Of a stretch of DNA of 64,000 bases, positions 25,752 through 34,599 are shown one piece after another. The notes below the pieces were generated by a model, which had not been told where the DNA came from, ran no database searches, and was given only the letters and a program-made list of their open reading frames with translations. The translations under genes and the position numbers were made by a program. Source of the DNA: an uncultured Bacteroidales bacterium (GTDB taxonomy: Bacteria; Bacteroidota; Bacteroidia; Bacteroidales; FEN-979); NCBI GenBank assembly GCA_903828645.1, contig CAIKNA010000035.1:13789-77788 (forward strand), in the 5' to 3' direction. How positions within the stretch are numbered: the stretch's first letter is position 1; each line of letters begins with the position of its first letter.

Positions 25752-27002
25752 GTGGAATTAAGGCGAGTTGTAGTAACTGGTCTTGGAGCGCTCACACCTA
25801 TCGGGAATTCTGTTGGGGAATTCTGGAAAAACCTGCTTGATGGTGTGAGTGGCGCAGGACCGATCACCCGGTTCGATACTTCCAAATTCAAGACCCAGAT
25901 TGCATGTGAGGTGAAGAACTTCAATGCGGAGAACTATTTCGACCGTAAAGAGGTCAGGAAGTACGACCGTTGTTCCCACTTTGGTATCGTGTGTGCCGAT
26001 GAGGCTTTCATTGATTCCGGGATAGACCTGGCAACAACCGATCTCGATCGTGTTGGTGTAATCTGGGCTTCAGGTATTGGCGGGCTGGAAACCTTTGCCA
26101 GTGAAGTCACGGCATTTGCTCTTGGAGATGGAACCCCCCGGTTCAACCCTTTTTTCATTCCCAAGATGATTTCAGATATCACGGCCGGCCATATTTCGAT
26201 GAAGTATGGTTTTCATGGCCCTAATTTTGCCACGGTATCAGCCTGCGCTTCCTCGGCAAACGCCCTTGTGGATGCATTTAATTATATTCGACTCGGCAAA
26301 GCAGACGCATTCATTGCCGGGGGTTCCGAAGCAGCGATCACCCCGGTTGGACTGGGTGGCTTCAATGCCATGCATGCACTTTCAACCAGGAACAGCGATC
26401 CGGCGACCGCTTCACGTCCGTATGACAAAGACCGTGATGGTTTTGTAATGGGTGAAGGCGCAGGTGCGCTGGTCTTTGAGGAACTGGAGCATGCAAAGGC
26501 GCGCGGAGCGAAAATTTACGCTGAAGTGATCGGGGGCGGACTTTCTGCCGATGCCCATCACATCACTGCTCCTCATCCCGAAGGACTGGGTGCAATTCTT
26601 TCCATGCGTACGGCCATTGCCGATGCAGGAATCTCAAAAGAGGATATTGATCACATCAATACACACGGAACCTCTACACCTGCCGGAGATATCGCAGAAC
26701 CCAAAGCAATTGTCAGTTTGTTTGGCGACCATGCCTACAAGATAAATATCAATTCAACCAAGTCGATGACGGGGCACCTGCTTGGGGCCGCCGGCGCCAT
26801 TGAATCGATCGCAACCTTGCTGGCAGTAAAGAATGATATCATTCCGCCAACCATCAACCACTTTACCGATGATCCCGACATCGCCCCGTTGAATTTCACC
26901 TTCAATACCTCGCAGAAGCGTGTTGTGAATTATGCACTGAGCAATACCTTTGGTTTTGGCGGACACAATGCCACCGTTATCTTCACGAAATATAAGATGT
27001 AG
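25752..27002 (+). CDS. fabF: beta-ketoacyl-ACP synthase II
   Basis: Active-site Cys context SACASSANA, His motifs HGTSTPAGD and GHLLGAAG. 416 aa. GTG start. Confidence 0.95.
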   Translation: MELRRVVVTGLGALTPIGNSVGEFWKNLLDGVSGAGPITRFDTSKFKTQIACEVKNFNAENYFDRKEVRKYDRCSHFGIVCADEAFIDSGIDLATTDLDRVGVIWASGIGGLETFASEVTAFALGDGTPRFNPFFIPKMISDITAGHISMKYGFHGPNFATVSACASSANALVDAFNYIRLGKADAFIAGGSEAAITPVGLGGFNAMHALSTRNSDPATASRPYDKDRDGFVMGEGAGALVFEELEHAKARGAKIYAEVIGGGLSADAHHITAPHPEGLGAILSMRTAIADAGISKEDIDHINTHGTSTPAGDIAEPKAIVSLFGDHAYKININSTKSMTGHLLGAAGAIESIATLLAVKNDIIPPTINHFTDDPDIAPLNFTFNTSQKRVVNYALSNTFGFGGHNATVIFTKYKM

Positions 27003-27749
27003 TTGGCTTTGAGGTTCAAACCCTATAGACCGGCCGGGGCTGATTTTTCATCCGATAAACAACTTAAACAGGCGATAAAAAGTATTCTCGGGTACAAACC
27101 CGGGAATATTTTTTTATACCAGCTGGCTTTTTTACATAAATCGGCTACCCAGGAGACCAACAACGGGATCAAAATTAACAACGAACGTCTTGAATTCCTC
27201 GGGGACGCCATCCTCGATGCAGTTGCAGCGGATTTTCTTTTTAAAACATTCCCCACCAGGGATGAAGGTTTTCTCACCGAGATGCGTTCGAAAATCGTCA
27301 GCAGGGCCATGTTGAACAAACTCTCTCAAAAAATGGGGATCGACCGGCTTATTCAGTTGGATACCTCCTCCTCAGGAACCTTCAGGTCATGCAACGGGGA
27401 TGCCTTTGAAGCCCTTATCGGGGCCCTCTATCTCGACAAGGGGTATGACTTTACACGTAAAATCATCCTCGACAGGATCATCAGCCGCTATTTCGATATG
27501 GACGACCTTGTAAACCAGGAGCTGAATTTTAAAAGCAAAATCATCGAATGGAGCCAGCGCGAAAAGAAGCAGGCCAGGTTCAATGTTGTCGACGAGGTAG
27601 GTTCCGGATATAAAAAACAATATGTTGTTGAACTCATGGTCGACGGTGAAGCCATCGCCCGTGGCCAGGATTATTCCATCAAGGGAGCGGAGCAGAATGC
27701 AGCCGAAAAATCATGGCAAAAAATAAATGGCGAAACTATTGACCTTTGA
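27003..27749 (+). CDS. rnc: ribonuclease III
   Basis: RNase III signature ERLEFLGDAIL and a C-terminal dsRBD (KSKIIEWSQ...GSGYKKQY...AEQNAA). TTG start, so the exact start is uncertain. Confidence 0.9.
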   Translation: MALRFKPYRPAGADFSSDKQLKQAIKSILGYKPGNIFLYQLAFLHKSATQETNNGIKINNERLEFLGDAILDAVAADFLFKTFPTRDEGFLTEMRSKIVSRAMLNKLSQKMGIDRLIQLDTSSSGTFRSCNGDAFEALIGALYLDKGYDFTRKIILDRIISRYFDMDDLVNQELNFKSKIIEWSQREKKQARFNVVDEVGSGYKKQYVVELMVDGEAIARGQDYSIKGAEQNAAEKSWQKINGETIDL

Positions 27750-27761
27750 CCTGAGAAAGGT

Positions 27762-27769
27762 TATCTTTG
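27762..27769 (+). promoter_or_regulatory. Bacteroidota -7 box (TATCTTTG)
   Basis: Exact TAnnTTTG, 25 nt upstream of the ATG at 27795. Confidence 0.45.
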
Positions 27770-27794
27770 TTTTCGACAAACAAAGCGCCTGTCC

Positions 27795-28283
27795 ATGGCC
27801 AAAAAAATATTTCTTGAAACAAGGTCGGAACCCACTCTTTTCACACTTTTTGGCATCTCCTGCCATCTGAAGGATTTCAGGCTCTCATACCTGCTCAATA
27901 AAAAACTGGAACTTGAGTTTGTCAAAATGGAAGATTTCAGGGAATACTCCTTCTATTTCTGCCGTGATGATGATAGGTACAATTCCTATTATTTGCTTGG
28001 AAACCGCGGACAGGAATCAATTTTAATATCAGACCTGAAACAAACCGATTATCTCATGCTGGTTGAAGGACCGGTGAAAAAAACGCAGAAAGATCATTTG
28101 CTTTTGAAAATCAGGGAAATACAACATATACTCACTGCTTTTGAAGTCCGGTTTGAGACCGTGAAAAATTTTGATCAGATCCTTACCGATCTTGAAATTC
28201 ACCTGATGTATATCCTGAAGGAGGCAAAAATCAAATATTCACCCTTAAAAAAACAGGAGGCACTGCCATGTTTGAAGATTTGA
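27795..28283 (+). CDS. IPExxxVDY-family protein (Bacteroidota-specific, unknown function), 162 aa
   Basis: FRLSYLLNKKL and ISDLKQTDYLMLVE correspond to the conserved YRLAYxxNxxL and (I/L)PExxxVDY blocks as I remember them. It sits in the usual position after rnc. Confidence 0.55.
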   Translation: MAKKIFLETRSEPTLFTLFGISCHLKDFRLSYLLNKKLELEFVKMEDFREYSFYFCRDDDRYNSYYLLGNRGQESILISDLKQTDYLMLVEGPVKKTQKDHLLLKIREIQHILTAFEVRFETVKNFDQILTDLEIHLMYILKEAKIKYSPLKKQEALPCLKI

Positions 28284-28624
28284 AAAAAACACTGGACAAA
28301 GGTCTGGATTTTGCATTCATGAATGCTGAAAAGGTTGCCCAGGCTGCAAAAGATCTTGCCAAGGAGAATAAACTGACCACAGATGAGGCCAAAAAACTCT
28401 ATGATTTCCTGGTTAAGAAATCGGAAGAGGCCAAAAAGACTGTTGAAGCGGATATACAGGTATTGGTTAAGAACACTCTGAAAAAAATGAACATTCCCAC
28501 TCAGGAAGATCTTAAAAAGCTGGAAGACCGGATCAAAAAGCTGGAGCCGGCAAAAAAAAGCCCGGTGAAAGTCAAGTCCGCGCCTAAAATTGCCAGGAGT
28601 CCGAAAGCCAAAGAAAAAAGCTAA
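28268..28624 (+). CDS. phasin-like coiled-coil protein, 118 aa
   Basis: Lys/Glu-rich helical sequence containing NIPTQEDLKKLEDRIKKLE, the phasin-family C-terminal motif. Lies upstream of the ABC1 kinase, as is common. Confidence 0.45.
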   Translation: MFEDLKKTLDKGLDFAFMNAEKVAQAAKDLAKENKLTTDEAKKLYDFLVKKSEEAKKTVEADIQVLVKNTLKKMNIPTQEDLKKLEDRIKKLEPAKKSPVKVKSAPKIARSPKAKEKS

Positions 28625-28645
28625 CCGTTAAATAAATGCGGTAAC

Positions 28646-30295
28646 GTGAAATTATCTAGGATTGGATTGGCAGTCCATGAGATTGGTCGTGCGCGGGAGA
28701 TTCTTGGCATTGTTGTCAAATATGGGCTGAGCGAATGGGTCACCAATTCGGGGTTGGGAAAGTTTCTTGTCTCGAAAAAACGGTTGGCACGCATTGAGCG
28801 ATACAACCAATGGGAGCGTATCCGGATGGCTGTCGAGGAACTTGGGCCTACCTTTATCAAGTTCGGACAAATTCTGGCCGATCGTCCCGACATCGTCCCT
28901 GAGGAGTTGAGAGAAGAATTAAAAAAGCTTCAGGACGAGGCCCAACCGATGCCTGATGATTTGGCCATCAGGGAGATAGAGAAGGAATTGGGCCGGCCCC
29001 TTGGAGAGATTTTCCGCGAATTCGACACAGGCAGGCTTGCCTCTGCCTCCATGGCACAGACCTACCGTGCTGTTTTGCTGAATGGAGAAGAGGTTTGCGT
29101 AAAAATTCAGCGGCCCGGAATTGATAAAAAGATCGAACTCGATCTGAACCTGATGAACTTCTTTGCCAGCCGCATGCAGCGGAACAATCCTGAAATGGAG
29201 GCGATCAACCTCACCGGGGTGGTGAGGGAATTCGGGAAAACGATTAAAAAAGAGCTCGATTTTCACAACGAGGCGGCAAACATCGTCCGGTTTGGCTACT
29301 GTTTCATGGATGATCCCGATATCAAGGTTCCCAAAGTCTATGCCCATTACACGACACGCCGGATTCTGGTCGAAGAGTTCATCAAAGGCACTAAGGTAAG
29401 CGATCTTGAAAATCTTCTGAAATCGGGCCATGATCCGAAAATTTTGGCCCGCAAAGCGATGCGGCTCGTCTTTGACCAGATTTTCAACCATGGGTTTTTT
29501 CATGCCGATCCCCACCCGGGGAATATTTTCGTGATGGACGGAGAGGTCATATCATTCATCGACTTCGGGATGATGGGCACTTTAAGGCCTGAACATCTGC
29601 AATTTCTCGGCAAATATGTGCTTGGCTATCTCGAACGGGATGCCCAGGCCATGGCCGAAGCATTGCTGATGGTTTCGGGGAAGCGCAATTTTTCTCGGTT
29701 CAGGGAACTTGAATTCCAGATCAGCGACATGCTGGCCCACTATAAGTACCTCAGCATCGAGGAGATGGATTTCAGCAAAGTGATGAATGAATCGGTGGAT
29801 ATTCTGATCCATTACGGACTAAGAATTCCAGGGGGAATCTACCTGCTCGTCAAAACGCTGATGGCCATCGAACGTGTCGCAGTAGTGCTCTATCCCGGCA
29901 TTGATTTTGCCCACGAAATGCAACCCTATGCTATAAAACTCATAGCACAGCAATATAGTCCCGGGCAGATTGCAAAGGAGATCTTCGAATCTCTGAAGGA
30001 GTATTACAAATTGTTGAAGGAGTTTCCAGCCGACCTGAATGAGATCATCTATAAGATCAAGGAGGGAAGGTTTAAAACCCAGATTGAAGTCAGGGGATTG
30101 GAACCCCTTGCAGAACACCTTGATATTTCAAGCACACGGGTCTCAATAGCCATCGTACTGGCTGCGCTCATCATTGGAGCGTCTATCATTTCTCAGTGGG
30201 AGCAGACACGCTGGATAGGGGCCATTGTATTCTGCATCGCCGGGTTGTTCGGGTTCTGGCTGCTCGTGAAATTGTTCCGGCGGAATAAATTCTGA
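28646..30295 (+). CDS. ABC1/UbiB-family atypical protein kinase, 549 aa
   Basis: FIKFGQILADRPDIVPEELREELKKLQD, ASASMAQTYRA, VKIQRPG and FHADPHPGNIF motifs. Two C-terminal TM helices. GTG start. Confidence 0.85.
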   Translation: MKLSRIGLAVHEIGRAREILGIVVKYGLSEWVTNSGLGKFLVSKKRLARIERYNQWERIRMAVEELGPTFIKFGQILADRPDIVPEELREELKKLQDEAQPMPDDLAIREIEKELGRPLGEIFREFDTGRLASASMAQTYRAVLLNGEEVCVKIQRPGIDKKIELDLNLMNFFASRMQRNNPEMEAINLTGVVREFGKTIKKELDFHNEAANIVRFGYCFMDDPDIKVPKVYAHYTTRRILVEEFIKGTKVSDLENLLKSGHDPKILARKAMRLVFDQIFNHGFFHADPHPGNIFVMDGEVISFIDFGMMGTLRPEHLQFLGKYVLGYLERDAQAMAEALLMVSGKRNFSRFRELEFQISDMLAHYKYLSIEEMDFSKVMNESVDILIHYGLRIPGGIYLLVKTLMAIERVAVVLYPGIDFAHEMQPYAIKLIAQQYSPGQIAKEIFESLKEYYKLLKEFPADLNEIIYKIKEGRFKTQIEVRGLEPLAEHLDISSTRVSIAIVLAALIIGASIISQWEQTRWIGAIVFCIAGLFGFWLLVKLFRRNKF

Positions 30296-30333
30296 CCCTT
30301 ATCTCATCCCTTCAGGAGAGGAGATGGGTCAGA
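30291..30333. terminator. hairpin spanning both stop codons of convergent genes
   Basis: tctgaccc tt atctc ... gagat gggtcaga. The left arm contains the ABC1 kinase TGA (30293-95) and the right arm contains the pheS stop (30329-31). Confidence 0.5.
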
Positions 30334-31351
30334 ATGCCCCTGTAAATTGTTTCAAAAACCGAACATCATTTTCAAAAAACAACCGCAGGTCCTTGATCTG
30401 GTATTTTAACATTGTGATTCGTTCAATCCCCATCCCGAAGGCAAAACCGGTGTAAGTCTGGCTGTCGATGCCGCAATTTTCAAGGGCATTCGGATCAACC
30501 ATGCCGCAACCAAGGATTTCAACCCACCCCGTATATTTGCAGATATTGCAACCCACCCCGCCGCAAATGTTGCAGCTCACATCCATCTCTCCTGAGGGTT
30601 CCGTAAACGGGAAATAGGAGGGGCGAAGCCTGATTTTCGTGCTTTCTCCAAACATCTCTTTGGCAAAGTACATGAGGGTCTGCTTGAGATCGGCAAAGGA
30701 TACATTCTTGTCGATATAGAGCCCTTCAACCTGGTGAAAGATGCAGTGAGCACGCGCCGAAATGGCCTCATTCCGGAAAACCCGCCCCGGGAAGATCATA
30801 CGGATCGGAGGTTTGGTGGTCTCCATGGTCCGTATCTGGACCGATGATGTGTGGGTGCGCAGCAGGATGTCGGGATTGGTGGCGATAAAGAATGTATCCT
30901 GCATATCCCTTGCAGGGTGATCAGGAGTGAAGTTTAGAGCCGAAAAATTGTGCCAGTCGTCTTCGATCTCTGGCCCGTCGGCTACGGTAAAACCTATCCT
31001 GCCAAAGATGTCGATGATCTGTTTCCTGACAATCGATAATGGGTGCCGCGAACCTGGCTGGAGGTTTTCGGCCGGCCGGGTGAGGTCAAGCTTGGCCAAT
31101 GAGGCTGTTTCATCCTGATCAAAGCCCGATTTTAATTCGTCGATTTTCTGATGAGCCTTGTTTTTAAGATCGTTCAGAAGTAGTCCTACCTCGCGCTTCG
31201 TATCGGCCGGAACGCTTTTGAAATCATCAAACAGCACCGAAACCAGTCCTTTTTTGCTGAGATATTTCAAACGAATCTCCTCAACCTCGACCAGACTGGC
31301 AGCTTTCAACGACTCAACCTCGGCAACTAACCGATTAATCCGCTCTATCAT
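30329..31351 (-). CDS. pheS: phenylalanine--tRNA ligase alpha subunit
   Basis: Class II motifs (HPARDMQDTF, FPGRVFRNEAISARAHCIFHQVEG, GFAFGMGIERI). 340 aa. Confidence 0.95.
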   Translation of the reverse strand: MIERINRLVAEVESLKAASLVEVEEIRLKYLSKKGLVSVLFDDFKSVPADTKREVGLLLNDLKNKAHQKIDELKSGFDQDETASLAKLDLTRPAENLQPGSRHPLSIVRKQIIDIFGRIGFTVADGPEIEDDWHNFSALNFTPDHPARDMQDTFFIATNPDILLRTHTSSVQIRTMETTKPPIRMIFPGRVFRNEAISARAHCIFHQVEGLYIDKNVSFADLKQTLMYFAKEMFGESTKIRLRPSYFPFTEPSGEMDVSCNICGGVGCNICKYTGWVEILGCGMVDPNALENCGIDSQTYTGFAFGMGIERITMLKYQIKDLRLFFENDVRFLKQFTGAF

Positions 31352-31372
31352 AAATCGTAAATCGTAAATCGT
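31352..31372. repeat. tandem heptamer array (AAATCGT)x3, forming the whole 21-nt intergenic spacer
   Basis: On the minus strand the sequence reads TAA-ACGATTTACGATTTACGATTT-ATG, from the cyclophilin stop to the pheS start. Confidence 0.95.
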
Positions 31373-31957
31373 TTATTCCACAATCTTAATCGTCATCTTC
31401 ACATCCTTAACCGGACGGTCTGACGGCCCTTTTTCAACCTTGGCGATTTTATCGATGATCGTAAGTCCGTCGGTAATTTCTCCGAACACGGTATAATCGT
31501 TGTCAAGGAAATGGGTTCCGTTTTCAGGTTGAACAATATAAAACTGGGAGCCTGATGAAGCTTTTTGAGGATTTGACGGTCCACCGGTTCTTGCTGCTGC
31601 AAGTGCTCCTTTTTTATGTTTGAGCTGCGGGTTGAATTCAGCGGGAATGGTATAACCGGGGCCGCCCATCCCGAGTGCCTGACCAGGTTTGGCGTTTTTT
31701 GAGTCGGGATCCCCACCCTGGATCATGAATCCATCGATCACCCGGTGAAAGAGGGTTCCGTCATAGTAACCTGATTTTACAAGTTTAACAAAGTTGTCGC
31801 GGTGCTGGGGGGTCTCATTGTAGAGGATTCCTGTCATGTCACCTAAATCGGTGTGAATTACAAATTTTACCACTTTTTCTTTGGTTTTGGTTTGAGAAAT
31901 GGATGAAAGATTGAACACAAAAACAATTGCCAGAACGGCGAAGATTATTCTTTTCAT
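31373..31957 (-). CDS. cyclophilin-type peptidyl-prolyl cis-trans isomerase, secreted (194 aa)
   Basis: Start moved to MKRIIFAVLAIVF (ATG at 31957). FHRVIDGFMIQGGDP and SQFYIV motifs. Confidence 0.9.
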   Translation of the reverse strand: MKRIIFAVLAIVFVFNLSSISQTKTKEKVVKFVIHTDLGDMTGILYNETPQHRDNFVKLVKSGYYDGTLFHRVIDGFMIQGGDPDSKNAKPGQALGMGGPGYTIPAEFNPQLKHKKGALAAARTGGPSNPQKASSGSQFYIVQPENGTHFLDNDYTVFGEITDGLTIIDKIAKVEKGPSDRPVKDVKMTIKIVE

Positions 31958-31978
31958 AGTTTTAGGATTTTTGGTGGG

Positions 31979-31986
31979 CAAATGTA
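31979..31986 (-). promoter_or_regulatory. Bacteroidota -7 box (TACATTTG)
   Basis: Exact TAnnTTTG, 21 nt upstream of the ATG at 31957. Confidence 0.45.
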
Positions 31987-32113
31987 CAAAAAATGTTTTA
32001 GAAGTCATGCATTCGACCGCATTTGCATGGAGTTGTTCTCCCCTGATATTTCCCATGAAACGTGAAAAGTGAAGAAGGGAAAACCAGGATGATTCAACAG
32101 GATAATCGTGAAA

Positions 32114-34363
32114 TTATTTGTTTAACAGTATTTTGGATACTACCTGCTCTCCTTTACCATGTAAAATAAGGGTATAAAGACCTGCCGGAAAAATCCTGAT
32201 ATCTACCGGTATGACTCCGCTTTCCTGCACCTGGATATTCCTGTTACTGAAGATCATTGAACCGAAAGTGTTATACACCTCCAGGGTAAATCTGTTCTCC
32301 GACCCCCCTTTGATGGAGATTGAGAAAAGTCCGTTATTGGGAATCGGATAGATTTCCATCTTCAGGGGATCATTCCCGTTTACCCCCACACCGGTTGGTG
32401 TTGTGAATATCAGATCAGCGCCTGTCGATGTTCCCGCAGCATTGACTCCTTTCACCCGGAAATGGTAGGTGGTGTTCGATGTCAGGCCGGTCAGCATTGC
32501 CGAAACTGGAGTGACTGTTGTACCAGTGATGGCAGGAGGGGTGGCGGTTGCACTGTTTCCGTAGGATGAGGTACGCCCCCAATCGAAGGTTACAACGGTG
32601 CTCAATCCATTCGCATTGGCCGTGCCGTTCAATGTTGCTCCGGATGAAGAGATGGCTGTCGCCGCCAGGGTGACCACGGCAGGCGGCTGGGCGGTCTGTT
32701 CACTCATGGTGATCATGAGCGAATCTTTTACAGTAGGATCCTGAACGGCAGCAGCTTTTGCATAGGCTGTGCCGTTTGAAACGGCTGTTACCAGTCCCGC
32801 AGAGGATATGGTGGCCATACCCGTACCGGGGACAATGCTCCAGGTCACATTCTGGTTTGCGGTGGAAGGAAATACGGTTGCGACCATCTGCAAGGTTCCG
32901 CCACTCGTGGTGATTGTGGCTGGAACTCCACCCTGGGTGGCGACTGTCAGTCCGATCAATCCTCCGACAGAAACACCCTGGGCGTAACCCATATAGCCTG
33001 AACCCCTGTCTTCGGTCCACGTGCATGCGCACCTGTCGGGCCCGTCGGGCGTGAACCCGTAACGCATTTTGGGAGTCGATGCCGTCGCGGTTGTGGAACT
33101 TACTTCGATCCTGTTTCCCGGCCATGCGAAATTGCCAGTGGCATCAAGCCTTGTGGCGAAAATTTTCTCGGTCGAATTATAACTCATGAACATCGGGTTG
33201 TCCGACACAACGGCAAGATCGCCGCAGCGCTGATCTGTGCTTCCGCTGATGGGATAGACTACTTTGCCGAGGTCGGTAAACTGTCGTGCACCGGTGGTCT
33301 TCAGGAATTTTTGAACATAGACACCGTAAACTGTCTGGTTTGGATTGCTGAAATTGCAGACAGACCAAATATAATTCGACCCGGGAGTCATATTGATGCT
33401 GGTCTCTCCCTGGTAGTTGTCATTAGATGCCACAGAGGTGTTGAAATTTGATCCGTTGATCCCCCAGGGGATGGATCCACCGGGGTTGATCCGCTGAAGA
33501 AACGAATTGAAACGCATCCCCGAGGAAACATAATAGCCGTAATAGGTCGTATCGGCTTCTGCGATGATCGAATAATACCGGTAGCCGGCCGAAGTCTGGT
33601 TGCATATCTGCAAAGGAGGATAGAGGGCGGTCCCCGAATTGTCAAACATTTGGGCATACAAGGTGGTGTACATATTCCCCTTCTGGTAGACCATGGTGAA
33701 TTTTCCTGCCAAATTGGTAATGATCTGTCCGCGGGTGGTGACAGCCGCGCCAACGGTAACGATCACCGGTGTTGGCCATGCCAGCGTACCGCCGGTTGTG
33801 ATTTTTTGCAGGTTCAGGGTGTTCCCCGCATCCCCGTTCCAGGCAACGACCACTTCACCATTGCTCAATGCAGCCGGGTATGGGGCAAGGCCTCCGCCAA
33901 GCACAATGCCATGGTCTCCCCACATGTGTGCCCCTGCTTCTGATATTTTATACACCACCGACTGAAGGCTCCCGGTGCGTTCATCCTGGTACCCGATGAT
34001 GAAATTATTTGAGGGATCCACACAAACATTGAAAACATAGGTGGCCGAACCCGAGGTTTGGTTGTCGACAAGAATACCATCCGGTCCAAGCATCTTGTAG
34101 CCGTTGGCATCAATTAACTGGGCCCTCATGTCATAATTTCCCCCGTTTTCATGATAGAAAGCAATCCAGGTTTTTCCGTCTGTAGTTGGGGCAGACTGGA
34201 TATCCGCGGTTGGAAGACCTGTTATCAGTAAGTTCTCAGAAGTATTTGTGTTCCATTGAGCGTGAAGCATTCCGGGTTGGACGGCAAAGAATCCAAGTAC
34301 TGCAAAAAGCCGGAAGCAAAACCAGGATATGGATCCGTTTGATAATTTTAAATTTGCTTTCAT
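32114..34363 (-). CDS. T9SS-secreted protein, 749 aa: N-terminal beta-rich region + Big_2-like + FN3-like + Por C-terminal sorting domain
   Basis: Signal peptide. VTWSIVPGTG..ATISSAGLVTAVSNGTA (Big_2-like). ATLNGTANANGL...TTYHFRVKGVNAAG (FN3-like). C-terminal EIYPIPNNGLFSI...GLYTLIL tail. Confidence 0.75.
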   Translation of the reverse strand: MKANLKLSNGSISWFCFRLFAVLGFFAVQPGMLHAQWNTNTSENLLITGLPTADIQSAPTTDGKTWIAFYHENGGNYDMRAQLIDANGYKMLGPDGILVDNQTSGSATYVFNVCVDPSNNFIIGYQDERTGSLQSVVYKISEAGAHMWGDHGIVLGGGLAPYPAALSNGEVVVAWNGDAGNTLNLQKITTGGTLAWPTPVIVTVGAAVTTRGQIITNLAGKFTMVYQKGNMYTTLYAQMFDNSGTALYPPLQICNQTSAGYRYYSIIAEADTTYYGYYVSSGMRFNSFLQRINPGGSIPWGINGSNFNTSVASNDNYQGETSINMTPGSNYIWSVCNFSNPNQTVYGVYVQKFLKTTGARQFTDLGKVVYPISGSTDQRCGDLAVVSDNPMFMSYNSTEKIFATRLDATGNFAWPGNRIEVSSTTATASTPKMRYGFTPDGPDRCACTWTEDRGSGYMGYAQGVSVGGLIGLTVATQGGVPATITTSGGTLQMVATVFPSTANQNVTWSIVPGTGMATISSAGLVTAVSNGTAYAKAAAVQDPTVKDSLMITMSEQTAQPPAVVTLAATAISSSGATLNGTANANGLSTVVTFDWGRTSSYGNSATATPPAITGTTVTPVSAMLTGLTSNTTYHFRVKGVNAAGTSTGADLIFTTPTGVGVNGNDPLKMEIYPIPNNGLFSISIKGGSENRFTLEVYNTFGSMIFSNRNIQVQESGVIPVDIRIFPAGLYTLILHGKGEQVVSKILLNK

Positions 34364-34432
34364 AACTTATTATTTTACTAATTGATCTTCAGATTTTTCA
34401 ATCTGCTTTACAGGATTACTGAGAAATATCAC

Positions 34433-34440
34433 CAAAGATA
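34433..34440 (-). promoter_or_regulatory. Bacteroidota -7 box (TATCTTTG)
   Basis: Exact TAnnTTTG, about 69 nt upstream of the ATG at 34363. Confidence 0.4.
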
Positions 34441-34599
34441 GGGATTAATTTACCGGACCTGCATTTTGACATCATTTTGAGATGCGTCAAATTAATGGTT
34501 AATTTTGCCGAATATTTCTGACCGGCCTGGGACTTTTTAGATCATGGTGTTTAAAGGCATGATAAAAGGCCGGCGGTTCTGATCTCAAACATCCTGAAC

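Noticed and set aside
30309-30321. 13-nt core CCTTCAGGAGAGG shared (as its reverse complement) by the hairpin at 30291-30333 and the sufC-sufD spacer (57040-57052), possibly a REP-like element
   Set aside because: Both copies sit just after stop codons, which is suggestive. However, a single 13-nt match within 64 kb is not far above chance, the flanks do not align, and the predicted structures differ. A genome-wide count would be needed.
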